NCBI GenBank assembly: GCA_022813965.1
Contig: JALDZS010000206.1
Location: 1 to 40,597, forward strand
Length of the DNA: 40,597 nt
Direction of reading: 5' to 3'
Source: Toensbergia leucococca
Lineage: Eukaryota
Shown: one piece after another, positions 1 through 9,473 of the stretch
Position numbering within the stretch: position 1 is the first letter of the stretch
How the letters are laid out: the number at the start of each line of letters is the position of its first letter
Translations under genes and position numbers: made by a program
Notes under the pieces: model-generated
The model's database searches: none
Told to the model about the DNA's origin: nothing
What the model saw: the letters and a program-made list of their open reading frames with translations, nothing else

Positions 1-623
1 TTATGAAGGCTCTGACCGGCTGGGATCTTAAGTTCTTTCGGTAATCCTTCAGACTTTTGACCCAGATATACGTGTCCTCATTAGGCTAATTCTTTTTACA
101 GGGAGGCCCTTAAGTTGACCGTCAAAGGCAGGGCCTCCTCAGTTCTTCGCAGCAGTAAAACTTTTGAGAAAGCCGGGATTCAACTCTGGGAGAAGAATTC
201 AAAGGTTCAACTAGCCATACGATTCAATGATGAAGACAAAAGCCCATGGCTCACTGCTTCACGTAAGAAAGTTTTGGTCCTAGTCGACTCTTGAGTTCGG
301 AAATTAATCAAAATTTTACTAGTTTCCGAGTCGACAAACGTGCGTACAGAAAATAATAAAGTTGTGCTTCAAGACTTGATTATTCAACGAGGCAAGACCA
401 TCCAGATCAAGCAGATGAAAGCGAGCTGTGACAACCAGACAAGCTCAATGCACAAATTCACCCTCACAATATTCTTCAGGGATTTTTCTAGTAAGTTGTA
501 AGGAACAAGCCGTACGAGTCTATACTAAATACCATATCAGATCCCAATGAGTTCATTGATTCGTGGGGCAGGTACAAGGCATCGGTAGAACGAACTTTCA
601 GCCAGTCAAGTGGTCTTACATAA
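1..623 (+). CDS. 3' end of a multi-exon hypothetical fungal protein (5' truncated by window edge)
   Basis: Exons <1-40, 102-262, 323-490, 541-623 joined by three GT-AG introns give one open frame (MKALTGWDLKFFREALKLTVKG...IQLWEKNSKVQLAIRF...SGLT*). All intron phases are consistent. Not in the ORF track. Confidence 0.75.
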
Positions 624-882
624 ATTGGTGTTTCTAAAGAAAAGCCATGTCTTGTGGGAAGGTCTCTAATGCTAATTCAACACTCCGGAATTGAAAGGTA
701 AAGCATTTACCGATCCGGAGAAGACTCGATCTCGACGGAACGAGTGGTTGTCCGTACCATTCGACTTGAGTGTTTGTGACTCGGGATGTGGTTTTGAAGA
801 CTGTGCAACTCACGCTACCGCGACGCGATTTACAACATCTTTGCCCTTAAGAAAAGGCTTAAAAGCCTGCGTTAGTGGATCA

Positions 883-1391
883 ATGTATCAACAATTTCTT
901 CCCCCCATAAAACGAGCGACTTACTCTATCCTAGGGACACGATTAACCGTCGTCAATGAGATGAATGTACGAGATGAAAAGGCCAGCAATTTTATAGCAC
1001 CAGAAATCCACGAACAAGTTTCTCCGCGACACCAACCGATTCCGCCATCCGAATGTTCAAACTCCCCAGGGCAGAAAAATGAATACGTATTTCAGAAACA
1101 TCTTCTTATCCGAGTATCTATGAGATGTACAACCTCGGACTAGAATAGTAAGCGGAAGGACTTCTTTGAATTCCGTAAGAGCGAGACTCCAGTAATTCGT
1201 CCCTGGCTCAATGGTGAGGTACGGGGAAGATAATTCCTTCCATTTCTTCCGATAGTGCTAATATCTTACAGTATCACACAATGAATAAATCTCAATTACA
1301 AGTTCCAGCCGCCATTGGCGAAAGACCAAGCAGAATTGAACGAGGCCACGTTGGGAAAAACCTCATCGGTGCCACCCTCATTCTGATCTAG
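883..1391 (+). CDS. Possible small spliced orphan protein
   Basis: ATG 883, intron 1087-1143 (removes the TAG ending the 691..1143 ORF), intron 1219-1271 (GCTAAT branch, TTACAG acceptor), stop 1389-1391. An alternative donor at 1214 would stop at 1288. No recognisable domain. Confidence 0.3.
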
Positions 1392-1408
1392 CAAGTATTA
1401 TCGAGGCT

Positions 1409-2470
1409 TTATCTATTTCCGTACAAAATCTCACACACCCCACCTACTGGCACGTCCATCACAGCGTCAGTGCCTTCACTCCAAAAGTCTTTCCAATCCA
1501 TTCCAACTCTACTTTGCTCCTCCATTCCCCCTCCAGATCTTTGTCTTTCCCGACGATCACCTCTCCCTTTACGCCTAATCCTTCCCTTGGCATCGAGGAC
1601 AGCGACGTTTGCAGCTTCATCGACAATGTTTTCGATACTGCTCATGGGAAGCGTAAGGTACTCGGTATTATACGAAGCGAGGGCAACGTAAATGTAGACG
1701 ATGCACATAACGAGGAAGGAGGGGATGGCGAGGGACCACCATCGATTAGGGTAGTAGTATATGCCTAATTGGTGGAGGAACGGGGAGGGAAGGTATGACC
1801 AGAGAAGGTAGATTACTAGAGAGGATGAGTCAGTCTGATTAGTGGGGAACCGACAGTGAATCTGGAGGCGGGAGGTATCCTTACAGAAGGCGAGAGAGGA
1901 GACAAGGTATAGCACGAAGCCGTAGTACTCATATGTCGGGACTTTGGGACTAGCACGCGGCACGGTCGTAGCCGTACGTGCTGATTTTGCGACTGCAGCT
2001 TCCGTATCGTTTGGGGTGTCATTCTCGGAGCTATCTGGAGTGGTAGGCCTAGAAGTCGTCGTCGAAAAAGATGGTCGTAGCAGAGATGTCAGAGATGGGG
2101 AAGGCGGTAGCGGGGTAGGCGGTCGATTATAAAAGGGCGGAGCAAAGGCATTGGCGATGAGGAAAGAAGAATTGGAATGGTGAAGGAAGGGAGCCTTTGC
2201 CTCTGAGCTATCGAATTGATCCGTGCCACTTTCCGAGGAGCCTGAAGATGAGTGGACTTCGAGGGAGTAGTGTGATTGAAAGTCTGCGTCGTCGGAGGCT
2301 TCGTCGTCGTTGTCGTACTCGAGGGTGGGGAAACTGGTGTGGCCGTCAAAGGCGGTGGGGGTGCGTTCATCGTCTGTGATTGCGGAGAAGGAAGAGGAGG
2401 GGTGGAGGATAGGAGGGCGGGATTGAGGATTGGGAAAGAGCGCTTGGGCGGGATGTCTGGGCAGAGGCAT
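1409..2470 (-). CDS. GPI19: PIG-P family subunit of GPI-GlcNAc transferase, with long Ser/Pro-rich N-terminus (~330 aa)
   Basis: PIG-P motif YEYYGFVLYL...IYLLWSYLP...LGIYYYPNRWWSLAIP and C-terminal DAVMDVPVGGVCEILY. One in-frame 69-nt intron at 1816-1884. Confidence 0.9.
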   Translation of the reverse strand: MPLPRHPAQALFPNPQSRPPILHPSSSFSAITDDERTPTAFDGHTSFPTLEYDNDDEASDDADFQSHYSLEVHSSSGSSESGTDQFDSSEAKAPFLHHSNSSFLIANAFAPPFYNRPPTPLPPSPSLTSLLRPSFSTTTSRPTTPDSSENDTPNDTEAAVAKSARTATTVPRASPKVPTYEYYGFVLYLVSSLAFCKDTSRLQIHCRFPTNQTDSSSLVIYLLWSYLPSPFLHQLGIYYYPNRWWSLAIPSFLVMCIVYIYVALASYNTEYLTLPMSSIENIVDEAANVAVLDAKGRIRRKGRGDRRERQRSGGGMEEQSRVGMDWKDFWSEGTDAVMDVPVGGVCEILYGNR

Positions 2471-2552
2471 GGGAGTTGTGGTTTGGGCCTGAGTGCTTCA
2501 ATCGATCCATGCGGGCGGAGATAGGCATGGGGTATTCTATTTCCGAGATCCG

Positions 2553-2561
2553 ACACGTGAC
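2553..2561. promoter_or_regulatory. bHLH E-box (GTCACGTG on minus strand; Cbf1/Pho4-type) in the divergent GPI19-phosphatase promoter
   Basis: CACGTG at 2554-2559. Single site, so function is inferred only. Confidence 0.25.
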
Positions 2562-2945
2562 ATCTGAATTTTATTCCCCGCATCTTAGACTGGCAACGCT
2601 TTATCATGTTCTTGCTAACGGACGCTTTTCACTTCTGTTATTAGTCTACCATGGCGACCTCCGACCTAACTTTATGGAGGGATTCTCCGGAAGACATGCA
2701 GCCATCATTGGCTACTGAGCCCGAGAGATTGACGAGACTAGATGTGGATCCCTTTCGTGGCACCATGGGACAATGCAAATTGCCCACGGTGGGGTGCACA
2801 GCTTTGGCCTTTGATAAGGGCCATGAACCCTAACTATTCTGAAGTTGCGAGGTGGCGGGGGATCAATTGATTGTACTAATAGTAGTCACACCTCCGTCGT
2901 CACTCTCGTCGCCAGTATTCTATTCTCAGTCTTCTTCCACCCAAA

Positions 2946-4497
2946 ATGCTTGCTCATCAACTTTTACTTCTTGGGCTCGCCCTTCCGTTTGTGCGTTCTG
3001 CAGAAACGGTAGTCGGTGTCTATGTAGGTTGACTCCCCCGCGTAGAAACCAAGTGAGCCCGTCAGCTAATATCCATGACAGATTTTCTCTCGTCATGGAG
3101 ACAGAACTGCGAAGTCAACTCCTCCTACAAACCTCACAGATCTAGGATACCAAGAAATCTTTACTTCTGGAACCTATTTCCGTGATCGCTACATTGATGC
3201 CGATGCCTCATTAAAAATCGCCGGCATCAACTCGGACCTTGTCAAGCTATCGCAAATTACCTGCTCAGCTCCATTGGACAACGTTTTGATGAACTCTGCC
3301 CAGGGTTTCTTGCAAGGCCTATATCCACCCGTTGGTGGAACGTTGGGGTCGCAGGTTTTGAGGAATGGAACGGTTGTGCCAGCTACGCTCGATGGTTATC
3401 AGCTCATTCCCGTTCAGACAGTCACATCTGGCACTGGTAGCGAAGATTCTGCATGGTTGCAGGGGTCCAGCAATTGCGAGAAAGCGACCATCAGCTCCAA
3501 CGAATACCTCACCACCCCGGACTACATGAATCTGCTCAATAGCACCGCCGATTTCTACACTTCATTGACACCCATGATCAACGGCACATTCAGCCCCAGC
3601 CAGATCAGCTACGAGAATGCCTACATAAGTATTTTTCGATCTCGATTCCTCCATCCTTATCGTGCACTAACAATAATTTAAGTCTTTGACCTCCTTAATG
3701 TTGCCTCCATCCACAATGCAAGCATCAATTCCTCAAACCTTCTCACAAATGAAACCCTCTTCCAACTTCGCACCCTAGCCGACCACCATGAATGGTCACT
3801 GGCTTACAATACCACCGACCCAATCCGTGCCGTCTCCGGCTCTACCCTGGCAGCCCAAGTCGTCCAAGCCCTCAACACGACTATAACTTCAGGCGGAAAA
3901 TCAAAGCTCAATATTCAGTTCGGTGCCTACGGCTCCTTTGGATCTTACTTCGGCTTGGCCAATCTTACGGAGCAAAACCCCGACTTCTACGGCGTCCCAG
4001 ATTACGCCTCTTCAATGACATGGGAGCTCTTCACAAACGGCACCGCCGATCCTTTCCCCTCCCCTGACGATCTTAACGTGCGCTTCCTCTTCCATAACGG
4101 GACCACCTCCAACATCAGCGAACCAATCGCCTACCCTCTTTTCGGCCAACAGGCCCTCTCCCTCCCTTGGTCGACCTTTGTATCTAGCATGAACGACTTT
4201 GCTCTCGGCAGCCAGGAACAGTGGTGTGCCGCTTGCGGAAACACCACCGGCGTCTGCACCAGTACGACCACCAGTGTAAATTCAACGTCGAGCTCCCCAA
4301 GCGCAAGTTCTAGTCCTTCATCGACCGGTGGAATATCCAAAGCCGTAGCGGGAGTCATTAGCGCTTTTGTGACCCTGGCTGTGCTTCTGGGCATTGAGGC
4401 TCTTGTCTTGTTGATTGGGGGGCTGCGATTGGTGAGTAAGAAGCGCTTGAGTGGAGCCGGTGCTGGGAACGGTGTTGCGAATGGGATGAAGGAGTGA
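2946..4497 (+). CDS. Secreted/membrane-anchored histidine acid phosphatase family protein (~479 aa)
   Basis: Exons 2946-3023, 3082-3628, 3683-4497. Signal peptide MLAHQLLLLGLALPFVRSA; RHGDR catalytic motif formed just after intron 1 (VGVY|IFSRHGDRT); Ser/Thr stalk; C-terminal TM helix (VAGVISAFVTLAVLLGIEALVLLI). Confidence 0.88.
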
Positions 4498-5087
4498 GGC
4501 ATGGTGGATTGGAGGGAGTGCTTGCTATTCTTGCATGAAGTTACGTCTAGGAGCAAAACATGCGGATGGGTATGTATTGCAAGATAGCTTTTGTATATAA
4601 AGCCATGAGACCAATGGATCTTTTTTTCCATCGAGGTCATTGGCTGTAACCATACCCGCTGTTTTATCTTTTTTGGCTGTCCCTTTCGATGTGACTGAGA
4701 GAAATAGGCATCAGTGGGGGTACTCTCCCCAATCTATTCCCCCCACTCCTACTCTGATCACCATATTTTCTATCATCTTCTCAATTCTTGGCCCCGCTGC
4801 CCTTACGCCGAGATCGGCCAAAGAGAAAAAACACCTTCATTAGCCCCCCTTTTCCACGGACGTCCAAGACTGCCCCCTCTTCTTAATATCCCCTTGGTTC
4901 TTTGTCCTGTCGTTTTGGAGTATGTCGTTTTCTGGGGGGAGTGAGATCTGTGGCTGCTTCGTTTGGGGGGGAGGATGGAGCTGGGGAATTTTGGCGCTTT
5001 GGGTGAGGGGGTGTGAAGGGGTTTGGAGTGGCAGGGGGTTTTTTTTGTGCGCCATTGGCTGCTTGAGCTTTACGGTGGAGTTTGGAG

Positions 5088-5356
5088 CAGGCTCGCGCCT
5101 GAAAAGAAAATTTGCAATAGACGAATTTTCGCCCGCACCACCCGCACCTACCAAAGCAATACGTCTATCCAATCATCACCTTGCCACGAGTCAGGACTCC
5201 ACCCCAAAGTAGAAAGAAAACCTCATTGTGACACTCCTAGCCTCAAACAGGCTGATAGTCGTGAATCAATCAATATAATAAGTTCTATTCAAGTGGGTTT
5301 GGTAGGTGCGGGCGAGGATTTGGGTATTGCTTTTTTTTTTGAGAGGCGCGAGGCTG
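5088..5356. repeat. Imperfect inverted repeat, arms 5088-5155 and 5298-5356
   Basis: Plus-strand CAGGCTCGCGCCT..AAAAGAAAA..GCAATA..TCGCCCGCACC(ACCCGCACC)TACCAAA matches the reverse complement of 5298-5356 (CAGCCTCGCGCCT..AAAAAAAAAAGCAATA..TCGCCCGCACCTACCAAA). Confidence 0.75.
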
Positions 5357-5623
5357 GGTGGAGATGCGTGCGTGGTTTTGGAAGATGACTCGATGCGATT
5401 GGATGGGTGGTAGTAGTGGAGAATGATGAGCGTATTGTCGCTTTTCTCTGGCTGTGTTGTGTCGTTTTCCTCTTGGATGCGGGTTTTGAGAGGGTTGTTT
5501 GCTCTTTCTGGGTTCTTGTTTTATGTTCACGGGCATTGTGTCTGCCATTTCGGAGCTGTCATGTCGGCTTTGGCCCCAGGGTTCTGCGGGGTTGGGTCTT
5601 TCTCGTCGGCGCTGGTCTTTGAT

Positions 5624-8600
5624 TCAAGTTGGTCGGGTACGCTCGGCGGGGTTGTGGGATAGTTTTGTCTTGATGCTTCTGGTTACTCGGTGGAAGCTTT
5701 TGGCTAGAGAGGATGTGGTTTGACCTCCCGTTGCTGAGTGGGGTGTGGATGGGGCAGGCTTGTCAGTGTGACTCGATGGTTGGCTTCTAGAGTCTCCTCT
5801 TTCTTCTGGTGCTTGTTGAGTTCTCTTCTTAGCTGTCTCATCTTTATTTCGACGGAGTAAATTTAGACACTCGGCAGTAGCCAACGTTTTTGGATGATCA
5901 GCTCCTAGGGTCTTCTCACGTCCGTTCAATGCTCTTAGGTACATCTCCTCAGCCACCTCGTAGTTTCCCTGCTCATAAAAGAATATTGCTAGATTATTGA
6001 CAGTGGTCAAAGTGTCTGGATGCTCAGCTCCCAGCACCTTCTCATGTCCTTTCAGTGCTCGTAGATACATCTTCTCAGCCGCCTCATAGTTTCCCTGATG
6101 ATCAAGAATTGCTGCCAGGTTATTAACAGTGATCAAAGTGCCTGGATGCTCAGCTCCCAGCATCTTCTCATATCCTCTCAGTGCTCGTAGATACATCTCC
6201 TCAGCCGCCTCATACTTTCCCTGATGATCAAGGACACTTGCTAGATTGTTGACAGATGTCAAAGTGTCTAGATGCTCAGCTCCCAGTATCTTTTCTCTTA
6301 GGGTTAGTGCTCGTATACTCATCTTCTCAGCCGCCTCATACCTTCCCTGATGATCAAGGACTGATGCCAGACTAGTGACAGAGGTCAAAGTGAACGGATG
6401 CTCGACTCCCAGCATCTTCTCATGTTCTCTCAGTGCTCGCATATTCATCTTCTCGGCCGCCTTATATTTCCCCTGGAGGAAGAGCACCCTTGCCAGGCGA
6501 TTCAGGCTTTCAATTGTGACAAATGCTGATTTCCCAAATAATCTTTGGCGAATGTCATAAGCTTCAGAGGCTGTCTGATGCGCGGAGTCATATCTTCCCT
6601 GCTCCATATTGAACCTACTGACACTCACTAAAAGTGTTGCACGGTGGCTTCTGTCGTCTTTTGATATACATTCATATTCCAACACTTTCTGAGCATGTGG
6701 CAAGAGACGTTCGCACACTCCCCAATACTCATATTGACCATTGGGAAACTTTTCCGCCAAAAGCTCCAACACTTGACTGACACAGTCTTCCTTCTTGTTT
6801 CCTTGCTCCAGCCATTGACATAAAGATAATTGTACAAGTCGGTGCATTGCAAATGTCTCTTCGCCTAGCTCTTTGGTGATCAAAGAAAATGCATCTAGCA
6901 CTCCTATTGCATTTGTAAACTCAACATCATTTCCGTCAACTGGCCGTATTAGATCCTCTGGAATTTGATTTCGGTCAAGCATAGCTGCCAGCGACAGAAT
7001 CTTTGCAGCGTCAGGCTCTTGCATTCGAATCTGATCAAACGATAGTTTCCATGTGCGGAACACAGAGTTAGGGAACCCATTTTCCCTTCGATGATCTTGA
7101 AGCTCTGTACTTAGGTGATCCATGAGATTTTGCTCATTCTCGCCGAGAGCCACTAGATACTTGTGTAAAGGCATGCGATTGCGTCTCATGAAAGCAGCAG
7201 CCTGTGCGATAGCCAGTGGGATACAACCTAAGATGTCCAGTAACCTCGCCAATCCGGACAAGTCAGACTGGTCCACCGATCCTATCTTGAGTAATAGCTC
7301 TGTCGCCTCTTGAATTGAGAATTGCGACACCTCAACACCTGGCTCTCCGTAGGTCAGATCTTCACCTACACGTCTGTTTCTCGTCGTGACCATCAACAAC
7401 CTCCGAGGGTTCAACATCTTTGGAACGTAGTTGATAAGAGGTTTCTGATGTTGTGTCATAGTGGTAGATGAATCCTTCGATTCAGCTGAAGAGAAAAAGA
7501 GATTTGCGTCGTCAGCGTTATCCAAAATCATGAGCCAGTGACCACTATCTTCCTGATTCAACCATTTAGTGACCAATTCACATGGATCGGTCTTCGGATC
7601 ATCATATCCAGGAAGCTGCAGAGTGCGTGCGATGTCTTGATAGGCTCGCACGAATCGAGCAGAGTTCGCAGCGTATATCCAGAAGACATGACTCTTCGGC
7701 TGAGATTGCACGAATCTATACGCATACTCGATAGCGATCTGAGACTTCCTGATGTATGCCGTCAGCCTCTATGAGGAACTTTTCGAGAGATAGAGAATAC
7801 CCATTCCCTCCAAGTCCGTACAATGAGGCGCAATTATGAGACTCAAGTTGCTCCTCAAGCCGAGAAAAGATTTGTGCTCGATCGATGAATTTAGGATCTC
7901 TTGGACATGGCACCGAGAAAATAGGTTTTACTAGAATAATCAGAGGGGAATCAGTACCATGGTTCGTGAACTAGCATTTGTATACCGAGTACAGTAGAAA
8001 AGCTCAAGATGCTAAATACAAGTCCTCTTCCAATTTTCAATAATCTGCACCTCCCAATCGCCAACGGGGTACATGTTGAAAGAAGCTACTCGCCCGTATC
8101 AGCCACGGCGGGCATATGAGAGACGTGGTTCCCCGGCATAACATAGAGAAGCTCTTTGGCATAGGCAGCTGCCGTGGCTGCGGCATAAGACTGCCATTGT
8201 TTGTTCTTGTGTGAGTCGGCATAATTACAAACTCCTCGAACCACCAGACACGGGAAATTGTCCATGAGACCGGCCGCCTCCATCTCGAAACATAGCACGT
8301 TGAGTTCTTTTCGAAACTTTTCTCGCGTGATGCCGTTCCTCATTACCTGATTGCCAGATGCAATCAAGCCATAGTGAACCACGGGGTTGTCATTCTCACG
8401 AGAAGCCCGAGGGACCAATCCACTTTCTTCGCAACTTGCGCAGGTAGCATCACCTCTTCGATGATTATACTCGGCCTTGAACAGCCGGTCCTGCTGGGCG
8501 CCTTGATAGGTAATGGACCCTCGAAGCTTTGGGTATTTCCCCCTCATCTCCGACAGATAGTTCAAGAATCTAGGTTCTTCCATCATATGCTCTGACTGTA

Positions 8601-9051
8601 AGCTACTCAACGCGTTGAGCAGGACATCCGGTGGCCGATTTAACGACCCTGTTCGCACAAATCGACCTTCTTCGACTGTTTTTCCGAAGTCGTATTGAAT
8701 CACCCCTCCAGATGTTCCCATCGGTTTGCTAACAACGATGTCGCCAAGTCGAATGTCGCTCTCTGCGCTAGGCACGCCGCTGCCAATGCCTACCATCAGT
8801 CCAAAGCGTATCGAGGCAAAGGTAGAGCTCATCTGGTTTGCTACAATCGCGGCAGAGGTTATCCCAGTCACTCCGGCCGGCAAGCCAGCAATGACAACGT
8901 TGTGGGCTCCAATCCGCCCCAGAGTGTAATTATTGTTGTCATGTGGAGGTTGGGGTAGGCTGTCGTGACGCTCATCCAACATGGCTTTGGCTGCAGCCAA
9001 CTCGGTGGCCAAGGCACAGATCCATCCCACTGTGTACTCTCGGTGCTCCAT
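5624..9051 (-). CDS. Fungal NLR (STAND): PNP_UDP_1 nucleosidase + NB-ARC + TPR repeats (~1070 aa)
   Basis: Exons 9051-8094, 7930-7801, 7748-5624 (intron 1 GC-AG, intron 2 GT-AG). PNP motifs YTVGWICAL, GLIASGNQV, CFEMEAAG. Walker A GLGGNGKSQ is formed across intron 2; Walker B WLMILDNADD; LMVTTR; PLAIAQAAA; MHRLVQ; 42-aa TPR repeats. Confidence 0.92.
5892..6521 (-). repeat. Five tandem 126-bp (42-aa) high-identity TPR repeats within the NLR
   Basis: GGATGCTCAGCTCCCAGCA-like units recur at 5892, 6018, 6144, 6270 and 6396. Peptide unit xTLTxVNNLAxxLDHQGxYEAAExMYLRALxGxEKxLGAEHP. Confidence 0.95.
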
Positions 9052-9473
9052 ATTTCATTAGGCTCGTCGTCGAGGATCATCGGCAAGTCTCTGAGTGCAA
9101 ATAGAGCTCAATTGAAAGCATCATCCCAATACACTCCTAGGCTTGGGATAGAATGCAAAACAAAGCATTTACTTGCGGCGTTGCTCAGCCGCAGCCTCGT
9201 GGTCTAGACCGTTATTCAATCGGTACGACTATCCCTACTCTAAGTCCTGAGCAGCCTTGTGATGAGATTATTCTTTCATGCAATACAATTGATCTTTCCA
9301 CCTGTTTTTGTTCACGTTCCCCTTCCTAAAAATTCCGTGAGAAGTTTGTTTCGATATAAATATACAACTTTGAAAGCGCCATAACTGCTTGATGCTTTCT
9401 TCACGAAGCCGCCGAGAGCAAGATCAGTATATTTGTCACTTTCTACCTACTATTCGCCCATTTTACTTGGGCG

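Noticed and set aside
5892..6521. Regular 126-bp periodicity resembling a CRISPR or satellite array
   Set aside because: In-frame coding TPR repeats with no unique spacers; eukaryotic context.
7740..7830. Apparent lack of a P-loop in the 695-aa NB-ARC/TPR ORF
   Set aside because: Walker A is split by intron 7749-7800 and restored on splicing (GLGGNG|KSQ).
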